DNA of 64,000 nt from an uncultured Clostridia bacterium (GTDB taxonomy: Bacteria > Bacillota > Clostridia > TANB77 > CAG-508): the NCBI GenBank assembly GCA_946415375.1, contig CAMKSF010000006.1, positions 11,241 through 75,240 of the forward strand, written 5' to 3'. Positions 42,851 to 52,147 of the stretch are shown piece after piece (position 1 is the stretch's first letter; each line of letters opens with the position of its first letter). A model generated the notes under the pieces. The model was given only the letters and a program-made list of their open reading frames with translations, was not told where the DNA came from and ran no database searches. Position numbers and translations under genes: made by a program.

Positions 42851-42916
42851 TTAGTTATCTAATTTTGCAATTAAATATATTAATACTATAGCAATTATAT
42901 GCTTTAAGTGTTTCAA
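42851..42916 (-). CDS. 21-aa hydrophobic peptide, putative type I (Fst-like) toxin
   Basis: GGAGGTG SD and TTG start: MKHLKHIIAIVLIYLIAKLDN*; promoter TTGATT(42993)-17-TATAAT(42970); SD within a hairpin. Confidence 0.6.
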   Translation of the reverse strand: MKHLKHIIAIVLIYLIAKLDN

Positions 42917-43045
42917 TTAGAATCACCTCCTTTTTTAGATACTCTCTAAAAAGAGGCACTAATAATTATACAATAAAAGTATATATAAATCAACAAAAAT
43001 CGTTCGACAAAATGTGACAAAAACTAATAAGAAAGGTAGAAATAA

Positions 43046-44095
43046 ATGAAAAAAGTATTGTTGGGAATGAGTGGAGGAGTAGATAGCTCTGTATCAGCAT
43101 TACTACTAAAAGAAAAAGGATATGATGTTGTAGGAGCAACTATGGAATTATTTGCTGGAAGTAGTTGTTGTAATATAAATACATATATGGATGCTAAAAA
43201 TGTATGTAATCAAATAGGAATTCCACATTTTACTTTTAACTATAAAGATGAATTTAAAAAATATGTAATAGATGATTTTATAAATTGCTATGCAAATTGC
43301 AAAACTCCAAATCCATGTATAGAATGTAACAAATATATGAAATTTGGCATAATGTATGAAAAGGCAAAAGAAATGGGTTGCGAATATATTGCAACAGGAC
43401 ATTATGCAAAAACAGAGTATAGTGAAAAATATGGAAGATGGGTTTTGAAAAAATCAAATGCAGGTAAAAAAGATCAAAGTTACGTATTATGGAATATACC
43501 AAAAGACCTGATAGAACATGTTGTATTTCCACTTGGTGATTTTGAAAGCAAAGATGAAATTAGAAAAATAGCTTCTGAAAAAAAATTAAAAGTAGCTAAT
43601 AAACCAGACAGTGAAGACATTTGTTTTATACCAGATGGAAATTATAAAAAGTTTTTAGAAAATAATTCTAACATAAAGCCAAAAGAGGGAAATATTGTTG
43701 ATAGTAAAGGAAAAGTTTTAGGGAAACATACAGGATTATATAATTATACAATTGGACAAAGAAAAGGTCTTGGAATTTCAAATCCTGTCCCACTTTTTGT
43801 ATTAGGATATAATCCTTTAAAGAATGAAGTAATTGTTGGAGAAGAATCAGAATTATATAAAAAAGAAATTACAGTTTCAGATATTAATTTATTACTTGTT
43901 GATGAAATAAATGAATGGATGGATGTAACAGTTAAAACAAGATATTCTGCAAGAGAAGCAAAAGCAAAGATAATACAAGACGGTTCGAATATTAAAGTTG
44001 TTTTTGATGAACCTCAAAAGGCAATAACACCAGGACAATCAGCGGTTTTTTATGTGGATGATATTGTAGTAGGTGGAGGAAAAATTGTAAAATAG
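43046..44095 (+). CDS. mnmA: tRNA 2-thiouridylase MnmA
   Basis: MSGGVDSS, TPNPCIECN, ATGHYA, KDQSY, TPGQSAVFY. Confidence 0.97.
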   Translation: MKKVLLGMSGGVDSSVSALLLKEKGYDVVGATMELFAGSSCCNINTYMDAKNVCNQIGIPHFTFNYKDEFKKYVIDDFINCYANCKTPNPCIECNKYMKFGIMYEKAKEMGCEYIATGHYAKTEYSEKYGRWVLKKSNAGKKDQSYVLWNIPKDLIEHVVFPLGDFESKDEIRKIASEKKLKVANKPDSEDICFIPDGNYKKFLENNSNIKPKEGNIVDSKGKVLGKHTGLYNYTIGQRKGLGISNPVPLFVLGYNPLKNEVIVGEESELYKKEITVSDINLLLVDEINEWMDVTVKTRYSAREAKAKIIQDGSNIKVVFDEPQKAITPGQSAVFYVDDIVVGGGKIVK

Positions 44096-44147
44096 AAAAT
44101 GTCATGATATAATTTATAAAAAATAGTATTTATAGAAAAGGTGAACA

Positions 44148-46154
44148 ATGAAAAGGGATAATCAATTAGAAAAGTATAAAAATAATCCTATAAAAAAATG
44201 GTTTACTAATTTTTTAGATATAATTAAGAGCAAATTTATTTATGATAAACTATGGGATAAAGAAATTGAAGATGAGATAAATAGAGTATTTCCTAATGAT
44301 ATAGAACAAAAAGAAGCAAAAGAATTATTACAAGAATTGCTAACAAGAAATAATTATTTATTGGAAACATTAGACATCAGAATGTTAGCTAAGCAATATG
44401 TTGATTTATTTGGAAAAGCTAAGCTAGAAAGAATTATTACTTCAGAACGTATACAAAAGAATATATTAGAATTATCAAAAGAGGAATTACAGGTTTATAA
44501 TTATATTTTAAACTATAATTTGGTAGATTTTAATGAAAGAATTGCAAATTTTTATCCATCTTCATGTAAAGGTGTTGACTTAGAAAAGCTTCAAAGTTTA
44601 AGTGAAAAAGATAGATTAAAAGCAATTAGTGTAATACTAAGTAACAGTGAGTTTAGATTAGATAATTTAGATAAATTAGATAGTTACTATGAAAATAGAA
44701 AAAATATTTGTAAGCAAATAATAGATAATACTAAAATAGTTGACAAAGAATACGAAAAAGAAATGGGATTAGAAGATGAGATTACAGTATTTCCTTTTAA
44801 ATTCATAGATGATATGAAAGAATTAAGTGACATAGATAGAATAAAGTATGCAATTATTCAAGCAAAATATGGTATGGATTTAGAAAAAGCGGAAATCTTA
44901 TGTAGTGCTTTTGGGCAAGATATAGAGAAGATTGAACAATCTGAAGAAACAAGAATAATTAAAGAACTAAAATCTATTTTAGAAGAGAAGAGTATTGAAG
45001 GATTAAAATCAATAAATCTAGATGAAAATGAAGCCAATTACAGGGGAACTATTAATCTTTTACCAAACTTAAAAAATGCTTATTTGCGCAAATATAAAGA
45101 CTCATTATACCAGATTAGTGATGAAGATTATATTTGTACACAAAGTGTAAATACGAAAGGAAAAAAACATGAAGTAAAAATATACAATGTTTTAGGAAAA
45201 AATAATGATAGAGCAGACTTTAATATGATAGTAACTGCATTGGGAGGAATTTATTATATTAATCATAATTATGATGATTTAAAAGCTGATTGGGATCGTG
45301 CGGATAAAAATCATACAATATCATGTTCATATATAGGAAATGATATGTTGGGAGTGGTTTATGATGGCTACTTATTAGCTTTCTCTGATATTGAAGAAAA
45401 TGAATTATTAATAATGCACAATAAGGATGCTGGAACTATTGACTCATCATTTGAAAGAATTGAAGACATAAGACAGAATACATTTTTACACCCACAAAAT
45501 TTAAAAAATTCTACCAAAAACTATAATGAATTATTAGTTGAAAGAAAAAGAGAAAAAGATGGAATTTTAGTAAATAGAACTCCAACTTTTGCAGTATTTA
45601 TGGCAGAGCATATAGATGATATTAATGATAATAAAAACGAAAGATGGATTGAAACTAAAAGATTAGCAGCTGAATTAGGGATACCAGTTGTGGTAATTGA
45701 TGGAACACAATGCACAAAATTAGAGTTTGAAAAAGTACAAGATATGGTAAAATGTTTAAAAGAAGAAAGAAGAATGGATTTGATTCCTGATATTATACAC
45801 AAAATAGAAAATAATAGAGCGGCTCAAATGGGTGTACTGAAAAATACAAGAAATGAGATTTTCTCTAATGAAAATATAAATAAAATATTAGAAGAAATAA
45901 TGGGAGCAATAATAAATTCAAATAATGAAACATTTAATCAAGGAATTGAGGAATTTGCAAAAATAACAAAAGAATTAAAAAAATTCTATGAACAAAACTC
46001 TGATAGAAATTTAGAAGTATGTAAAATCTACGATTATGATGTTTTTTTAGAAAGACTAAAGACTTTATATAGTTCTAGAAATGGATTAAATGGAAATGGT
46101 TTTTCAAATACAAAAGAAAAGTCAATTGATAGCAATGTAGAAATAAGAGAGTAA
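44148..46154 (+). CDS. Large orphan hypothetical protein
   Basis: 668-aa ORF with its own promoter and terminator; no recognised family. Confidence 0.7.
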   Translation: MKRDNQLEKYKNNPIKKWFTNFLDIIKSKFIYDKLWDKEIEDEINRVFPNDIEQKEAKELLQELLTRNNYLLETLDIRMLAKQYVDLFGKAKLERIITSERIQKNILELSKEELQVYNYILNYNLVDFNERIANFYPSSCKGVDLEKLQSLSEKDRLKAISVILSNSEFRLDNLDKLDSYYENRKNICKQIIDNTKIVDKEYEKEMGLEDEITVFPFKFIDDMKELSDIDRIKYAIIQAKYGMDLEKAEILCSAFGQDIEKIEQSEETRIIKELKSILEEKSIEGLKSINLDENEANYRGTINLLPNLKNAYLRKYKDSLYQISDEDYICTQSVNTKGKKHEVKIYNVLGKNNDRADFNMIVTALGGIYYINHNYDDLKADWDRADKNHTISCSYIGNDMLGVVYDGYLLAFSDIEENELLIMHNKDAGTIDSSFERIEDIRQNTFLHPQNLKNSTKNYNELLVERKREKDGILVNRTPTFAVFMAEHIDDINDNKNERWIETKRLAAELGIPVVVIDGTQCTKLEFEKVQDMVKCLKEERRMDLIPDIIHKIENNRAAQMGVLKNTRNEIFSNENINKILEEIMGAIINSNNETFNQGIEEFAKITKELKKFYEQNSDRNLEVCKIYDYDVFLERLKTLYSSRNGLNGNGFSNTKEKSIDSNVEIRE

Positions 46155-46334
46155 ATAATAATGTAAAAAAGCAGAAACACAGAATAAATAGTTAGCTGCT
46201 TTTTTATTTTTACTGTATTATTGTTTATTAGCAAATTCTTCATATTTTTATATGAAAACAAATAATCATATTGCATAATAAACCGAATTTGTAGTATACT
46301 AAAAATGATATTTTTACAATGAAAGGAAAGAAAA

Positions 46335-47603
46335 ATGAAACAAGGAATTAAATTACACACAATTAATACAAATAAATTTAAAACTAATTTGATAGCTATA
46401 TTTTTAAGCACCCCGCTAATCAGAGAAAATGTAACCAAAAATTCATTGTTGGTTTCTGTGTTAAGAAGAGGATGTGAAAAATATAGAACACAAGAAGAAA
46501 TAAGTAAGAAATTAGAAGAAATGTATGGGGCAGAATTTAATTGTGGATTAGATAAAATAGGGAAAAATCATGTTCTTAAATTCTATATTGAATCAATAAA
46601 TGATGAGTTTCTTCCACAAAATGGGGAAAATATGTTGAAACAAAGCATGGATATTTTATCTGAAATTATTTTTAATCCATTAATTCAAGATGAAGGATTT
46701 AATGAAGAATATATAAATCAAGAAAAAGAAAATGTTAAGCAGATTATAGAAGCAAAAAAAGATAACAAAGCAAATTATGCTATATTTAGATGCGTAGAAG
46801 AAATGTATAAAAATAAACCAGAAGGGTTATACAAGTATGGATATACAGAGGATTTAGAAGAAATAAATACTAAAAACTTATATAGTTACTATAATCAATT
46901 AATAAACACTTGTAAAATAGATATCTTTATTTCAGGAAAGCTAGATGGAATTGAAGTAGAAAAGTTAGTACAAGAAAATGAGAATATATCAAAACTGCAA
47001 GAAAGAAGTCCTCTATTTACCGTAAATAAACCTGAACAAAAGAATGGAGAGAAAGAAGAAAACGAAGTTGAAGAAAAGTTAGATGTAACACAAGGAAAAT
47101 TAGTAATAGGATATGATGTTATAGCAAGTAAAGATGAGTTAGAGAATAAAAAATTTAGGTATGTCGGAATGCTATATAATGCAATACTTGGAGGGACAGC
47201 TACATCAAAGTTATTTCAAAATGTTAGAGAAAAAGAAAGCTTGGCATATACAGCAAGTTCTAGCTTTTCATACTATACAGGAAATGTGTTTATAAATGCA
47301 GGAATAGAGATAGAAAACTTTGAAAAAGCGAACAATATAATAAAAGAACAAATAGAAGATATGAAAAAAGGTGAATTTACAGAAGAAGATATTAAAAATG
47401 CTAAAAAAGTAATTATATCAAATATTGATGGGATATCTGATGAACAAGATACTGAAATAATATACTTTCTAGGACAAGAATTAAGCAATAATAATGTTAC
47501 ACTAGAGCAATATAAAAAATATATACAAGATATAAGTAAAAATAAAATTGAAGTTTTTGCGAAAAAGATAAGAATCAATACGATTTATTTTTTGAGAAAT
47601 TAG
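46335..47603 (+). CDS. M16-family peptidase-like protein, inactive subunit (YmfF-like)
   Basis: KFKT, LEEMYGA, SKLFQNVREKESLAY; lacks HxxEH. Confidence 0.88.
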   Translation: MKQGIKLHTINTNKFKTNLIAIFLSTPLIRENVTKNSLLVSVLRRGCEKYRTQEEISKKLEEMYGAEFNCGLDKIGKNHVLKFYIESINDEFLPQNGENMLKQSMDILSEIIFNPLIQDEGFNEEYINQEKENVKQIIEAKKDNKANYAIFRCVEEMYKNKPEGLYKYGYTEDLEEINTKNLYSYYNQLINTCKIDIFISGKLDGIEVEKLVQENENISKLQERSPLFTVNKPEQKNGEKEENEVEEKLDVTQGKLVIGYDVIASKDELENKKFRYVGMLYNAILGGTATSKLFQNVREKESLAYTASSSFSYYTGNVFINAGIEIENFEKANNIIKEQIEDMKKGEFTEEDIKNAKKVIISNIDGISDEQDTEIIYFLGQELSNNNVTLEQYKKYIQDISKNKIEVFAKKIRINTIYFLRN

Positions 47604-47610
47604 TTGTAAG

Positions 47611-47640
47611 TTGTAAAAGGGAACAATCCCCCTTTTACAA
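47611..47640. repeat. Third copy of the REP-like palindrome
   Basis: ttgtaaaagggaacaatcccccttttacaa. Confidence 0.45.
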
Positions 47641-47655
47641 AAAAGGAGTTAAAAC

Positions 47656-48930
47656 ATGCAAATTATAGAAAATTTGAAAGTTAAAGAAAAAGTATATATA
47701 GAAAAATTAAAAAATGGACTTACTGTGATGATTATTCCAAAAGAGGGAATTAAGAAGAAATACATTATTTGGGGTACACGTTATGGATCTAATGATAGTA
47801 AGTTTATAGTACCAGGAGAAAACCAAGTTACAGAAGTTCCTAAAGGAGTAGCACATTTTTTAGAACATAAAATGTTCGAACAAGAAAACGGTCGAAATAG
47901 CTTAGATGTTCTATCAAGTTTAGGAGTAAATGCAAATGCTTTTACAACAAATACTCATACAGCGTATTTGTATGAAGCAACAGATAATTTTTATGAGGCA
48001 TTAGATGAATTTATGGATTATGTTCAACATCCATATTTTACGGATGAAAATGTTGAAAAAGAAAAAGGTATAATAGGACAAGAAATAATGATGTATGATG
48101 ATTATCCTGAATGGAAAGTGTATTTAAATGCTTTAGAAGCAATGTATCATACTAATCCAGTAAAACTTGACATTACAGGAACTATTGAAACAATAAGTCA
48201 TATAGATAAAGAAATATTATACAAATGCTATAATACTTTCTACAATCCTTCAAATATGTGTCTTGTTGTATGTGGAGATTTTAATCCGGATGAAATATTA
48301 AAAGACATAGAAAAAAGATTAATTGATAATAAAGCAGAAGGCGAGATAAAAAGAATTTATGAACAGGAAAATGAAACAGTTGTAAATCCAAAAGTAGAAA
48401 GCAATATGGAGGTAAGCATTCCTTTATTCACTTTAGGAATCAAATGCATCCCTCCAAAACAAAAAGAAAAGGTTAAAACTCATATTGCAATAGATGTTTT
48501 ACTTAATTTGATTATAGGCGAAAGCTCAAATTTGTATCAGGAATTATATAAGAGTGGGGTAATACTAAATATGCCAACTTTTGAATATGAGTTTACAGAT
48601 GAATATGCACATATTTTAATAAGTGGTATTTCACGTAATCCAGATATATTTTTCGATATGATAAATAAAGAAATTGATAATTATTTAATTAATGGAATAA
48701 ATGAGCAAGATTTTGAAAGAATTAAAAAGATGATTTATGGAGAATATATTAAAGAATATAATGATGTATCAAATATTGCAAGAATTTTCTTGACAGATTT
48801 TATGAAGGATGTAAATAGTTTTGATTATATAGAAGAGATAACAACATTGGATATAGAATATGCAAAACAAGTTTTGAGAGATAATTTTAAAAAAGAAAAA
48901 ATGGTCTTTTCTGTTGTTAAAGCCAGCTAA
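47656..48930 (+). CDS. M16-family zinc peptidase (YmfH-like)
   Basis: GVAHFLEHKMFE, NAFT, EKEKGIIGQEI. Confidence 0.92.
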   Translation: MQIIENLKVKEKVYIEKLKNGLTVMIIPKEGIKKKYIIWGTRYGSNDSKFIVPGENQVTEVPKGVAHFLEHKMFEQENGRNSLDVLSSLGVNANAFTTNTHTAYLYEATDNFYEALDEFMDYVQHPYFTDENVEKEKGIIGQEIMMYDDYPEWKVYLNALEAMYHTNPVKLDITGTIETISHIDKEILYKCYNTFYNPSNMCLVVCGDFNPDEILKDIEKRLIDNKAEGEIKRIYEQENETVVNPKVESNMEVSIPLFTLGIKCIPPKQKEKVKTHIAIDVLLNLIIGESSNLYQELYKSGVILNMPTFEYEFTDEYAHILISGISRNPDIFFDMINKEIDNYLINGINEQDFERIKKMIYGEYIKEYNDVSNIARIFLTDFMKDVNSFDYIEEITTLDIEYAKQVLRDNFKKEKMVFSVVKAS

Positions 48931-49099
48931 TTGTCGATTACTGTAAAATGTTGAAATTTTCAGTAATTTAGCGTCATACGAAAGTTTGAAAAATTTGATA
49001 GAAATACTTGACGAAGGTCGTATTCTATGTTACGCTAATTATATATGTAATAAAAACAAGTTTTTTATCAATTGTATAGCAACAGGGGGGAATAATTGA

Positions 49100-49240
49100 A
49101 TGTTAAATGATGAAATTTGTAAGCTAAGAGAAAAACTAAATAAAAGTATAGAAGAAAATGCAAATTATGATGAAATTTATAGAATTAGTGTAGAACTAGA
49201 TGAATTGATTGCAAAGTTTTATAATGTGAAAACTGTGTAA
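49100..49240 (+). CDS. Spo0E-family aspartyl-phosphate phosphatase (46 aa)
   Basis: MLNDEICKLREKLNKSIEENANYDEIYRISVELDELIAKFY..., with an SxELD signature; TGACGAA 0A box at 49009. Confidence 0.8.
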   Translation: MLNDEICKLREKLNKSIEENANYDEIYRISVELDELIAKFYNVKTV

Positions 49241-49278
49241 ATTTTATTTACAAGATTATCTATTTATGATATAATATT

Positions 49279-49810
49279 TAAGATGGTGCATTATTCTAGT
49301 CGTAGTACTTATTGTGAGGGTGGGGCTAAAAATCCACTAAAGGGCACATCGATGAAGTTTCTTATATATGCGCAAAATGCCAGTTTTGTGTGTATATAGG
49401 GAGTAAAGAAATTAGGGTAGTATATAATGGCATATATTACAAGCCCCTGATTTCGCGGAGGCTTAAAATTACGGTTTTAAGTAAAACCTATATATAGGTG
49501 CTAAAAAGCACCGAAAATATAGTGTAGCCTGTTTTGAGTGAATGTACTGGGATTAATAAAACTATTATGAAATTGCATTTGCAAAAGAAACTAGCAATAT
49601 TTAAACTATGTTAAAGGAAAACTTCTAGAATGTTTGCTTTTATTAGCAAGAAAATATAAGGATTAAGGTACGGATTTAAGTGGCGATCTGGTGTCTATTT
49701 TATAGATGTTTTTTTTAAACGGAAACGGCTGTGTAGTAATATATAGTAGAAAACAGAGAAATTCAACTAGACCTAAACCGTAAAATTTACTTATACTTTT
49801 TACCATCTTA
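49279..49810 (+). ncRNA. ole: OLE RNA (ornate, large, extremophilic), compact AT-rich variant
   Basis: ORF-free ~530 nt closed by a terminal stem (taagatggt/accatctta); OLE-like segments attctagtc, ggctaaaaatcc, aagggcacatcgatgaagt, tgtagcctg.tttgagtg, aagtggcgatct, actagacct; oapA directly downstream; TG-N-TATAAT just upstream. Confidence 0.85.
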
Positions 49811-49879
49811 AATTTATATAAATATGGGAAAATAGATTTATATCTTTTTTCCCTTTTTAATTAAGAAAAGGAGAAAGAA

Positions 49880-50410
49880 ATGAAGCAAAAAGATTCAAAT
49901 ACAAAGTGGATTATAAAAGCCTTTATAATAACATTTATATTATCTGGAATAATTTCATATATATCTCAAAATGGGATTGCAAATTTAAATGTAGTTCCTG
50001 CAATAATAATTTTAATTATAGTAGTGCTTTTAGGAATATTTTTTGATGTAGTAGGGATTGCAGTTACAGTTGCAAATGAGGAACATTTCCATGCAAAAGC
50101 AACAAAAAAAGCAGAAGGGGCAAAATCTTCTCTAAATTTAATAAAAAATGCATCAAAGGTTGCAAATATATGCGCAGATGTAATAGGAGATATTTGTGGA
50201 GTAATAAGTGGAGCAATAGGAACAATGATAGCTTTAAAAATAGCAAGTACTTATGGGGTTTCCACAAATATACAGTTTTTAATTAGTGCTCTAATTGCAT
50301 CAATTACGGTTGGAGGGAAAGCTATTGGAAAACAAGTTGCAACAAATCATTCAACAAAAATAGTAGATAGAGTAGGAATAGTATTAAGTAAGTTTACCAG
50401 AGATAAATAA
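49880..50410 (+). CDS. oapA: OLE-associated protein A
   Basis: Multi-TM protein with GIFFDVVGIAVT, DVIGDICGVISG and TVGGKAIGK motifs, directly after the OLE RNA. Confidence 0.85.
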   Translation: MKQKDSNTKWIIKAFIITFILSGIISYISQNGIANLNVVPAIIILIIVVLLGIFFDVVGIAVTVANEEHFHAKATKKAEGAKSSLNLIKNASKVANICADVIGDICGVISGAIGTMIALKIASTYGVSTNIQFLISALIASITVGGKAIGKQVATNHSTKIVDRVGIVLSKFTRDK

Positions 50411-50502
50411 TTTGTTGTAAAATTTTGGAAAAACACTTGCATTTTTAAAAAAATGTAGTATAATAGACAACGATTGTTAAAAATAGGGGAAGGAGCAAGG
50501 GC

Positions 50503-50802
50503 TTGAAGACATTTTTCGATGGCATATTTATAGATAGCAACGATGCAGAAAAAGAAGTAGAATATCCTATTAAACTAGAATATTATAAAACAATAAAAAC
50601 GGAAGAGAATGTTGAAGCCAAATATGGTATAGAGATAGTAGAAACGGAATTTATTAACGGGATAGTAAATGTAGAAAGCAAAATAATGAATAGTATTTCA
50701 AATAGTTCAGAAGAAATAGAAAAAATGATAGAAATCTTAAAAAACAATGAAGTGACACCTATTGGAATAGAAGATGCTATTAATGAGATAACAACTATAT
50801 AA
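50503..50802 (+). CDS. DUF6514-like small protein
   Basis: YGIEI...LKNNEVTPI pattern; own sigmaA promoter. Confidence 0.6.
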   Translation: MKTFFDGIFIDSNDAEKEVEYPIKLEYYKTIKTEENVEAKYGIEIVETEFINGIVNVESKIMNSISNSSEEIEKMIEILKNNEVTPIGIEDAINEITTI

Positions 50803-50856
50803 AAAGACTAAAAAAGATTCAGATATTTCACTGAACCTTTTTTTTGTTTAGATTAA

Positions 50857-50976
50857 TTAGCAACATCCGCCTCTATTTCCACCACAACAGCAACAGATTA
50901 AGATTATAAGAATTATTATCCAGCAACAGTCATCACCACCAAAACCGAAGCCACCACATCCTCTGTTTTCAGGCAT
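50857..50976 (-). CDS. Cys/Gly-rich 39-aa peptide (probable spore coat/exosporium peptide)
   Basis: AAAGGTGGTG SD; MPENRGCGGFGFGGDDCCWIIILIILICCCCGGNRGGCC*. Confidence 0.75.
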   Translation of the reverse strand: MPENRGCGGFGFGGDDCCWIIILIILICCCCGGNRGGCC

Positions 50977-51030
50977 AATATTTCACCACCTTTCACAAAA
51001 AAAATGTAAGTATAACAAAGTAATTATGGA

Positions 51031-51138
51031 TTAATTAGAGCTACAGCAAACTCTATTACCGCATCCATTACAGAAAAGAAGTAAGAATAGAATAATGAAC
51101 CAAAGGATTGCATTATTATCATTATTACTACAACACAT
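51031..51138 (-). CDS. Cys-rich 35-aa peptide (probable spore peptide)
   Basis: AAGGAGG SD; MCCSNNDNNAILWFIILFLLLFCNGCGNRVCCSSN*. Confidence 0.75.
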   Translation of the reverse strand: MCCSNNDNNAILWFIILFLLLFCNGCGNRVCCSSN

Positions 51139-51261
51139 AATGACCTCCTTGTAATTTGTTTGTTATGGTATATAATATGAAAACTGAAAAAAAGTGTTAC
51201 AAAACATAATTTATTGAAAAAAAACAAATTTTGTGTTACAATGATCATATAGAAAAGAGGA

Positions 51262-51852
51262 ATGGTTATGAAAGTTAATAATCCAAAATTTGAAGTATCA
51301 GCAGTAAGCCCTAAACAATATCCAAAAAATGATTTGCCACAGATAGTATTGGTTGGAAAATCAAATGTAGGTAAATCTAGTTTTATAAATACAATGATTA
51401 ATAGAAAATCGCTTGCTAGAACAAGTAGTGAACCGGGAAAAACTAGACAAATTAATTTCTATAATATTGATGAATCTTTTTATTTTGTAGATTTACCCGG
51501 ATATGGATATAGTAAAATGTCAAAACAAGAACAAGAAAGAGTTGGAAGTTTTATTGAACAATATTTAGTAAAATCTAAGAATATAGCATTAGTTATCTTT
51601 TTAATAGATATTAGACACAATCCTACTGAAAATGATAGACTGATGTATGATTATATAATCCGTTCAGGTTTACCATTTATTATCTTAGCAAATAAAGCAG
51701 ATAAAATAGCTACGACAAAGGTTGAAAATACAGTAAAAGAATTACAAAAACAAATAAATCCAATTGGAGATATAAAAATGCTTCCGTTTTCAGCTGAAAA
51801 AAAGATTTACACAGAAGACGTGTGGAATGTAATTGAAGAATTTATAAAATAA
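51262..51852 (+). CDS. engB: Ribosome biogenesis GTPase YsxC/EngB
   Basis: GKSNVGKSS, PGKT, DLPGYGY, NKAD. Confidence 0.96.
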   Translation: MVMKVNNPKFEVSAVSPKQYPKNDLPQIVLVGKSNVGKSSFINTMINRKSLARTSSEPGKTRQINFYNIDESFYFVDLPGYGYSKMSKQEQERVGSFIEQYLVKSKNIALVIFLIDIRHNPTENDRLMYDYIIRSGLPFIILANKADKIATTKVENTVKELQKQINPIGDIKMLPFSAEKKIYTEDVWNVIEEFIK

Positions 51853-51939
51853 AGCAAAATGTCGAAATAAGTCAAACGATTTTTTGAAAAGATTTGTAAA
51901 ATTAGTTGCATTTTTGAAAAAATAGTATATAATAATAAT

Positions 51940-51995
51940 AAATAATTCATGATGTTAAAAAAGCAGATGCGTGTGGGCATCTGCTTTATATTTTT
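51940..51995 (+). ncRNA. Putative antitoxin-like antisense sRNA (~55 nt)
   Basis: TTGCAT(51906)-16-TATAAT promoter; exact 15-nt copy of the opposing start region; terminator aaagcagatgc...gcatctgcttt. Confidence 0.55.
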
Positions 51996-52147
51996 TTTAG
52001 AGCTATCAAAAAAAATAAATTTAAGATAGCTTTTAATACTTTACAAATTTCATAAAATAATTTAAAAGCTTCAAGTATTTTATGTAATATTTTATGAATT
52101 GTAATAGTATTTTTTTCTTTTGTCTATTTCTCTTTTGAGGAATTCAT
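51986..52147 (-). pseudogene. Putative toxin-like amphipathic peptide gene with an in-frame TAG at codon 8
   Basis: GGGAGG SD; MNSSKEK*TKEKNTITIHKILHKILEAFKLFYEICKVLKAILNLFFLIALKKI*. Confidence 0.5.

Noticed and set aside
49279-49810. tmRNA, RNase P, T-box or group I/II intron identity for the long non-coding region
   Set aside because: No tRNA-like ends, no RNase P P4 signature, no T-box motif and no interrupted gene; the motifs and adjacent oapA fit OLE RNA.
51024-51248. Tracked 74-aa minus-strand ORF
   Set aside because: Wrong frame; the SD-supported Cys-rich ORF is 51031-51138.
52124-52126. Genome-wide TAG reassignment
   Set aside because: TAG terminates several conserved genes at the expected position (trmD, truA, gpr, mutL, sufB, mnmA).
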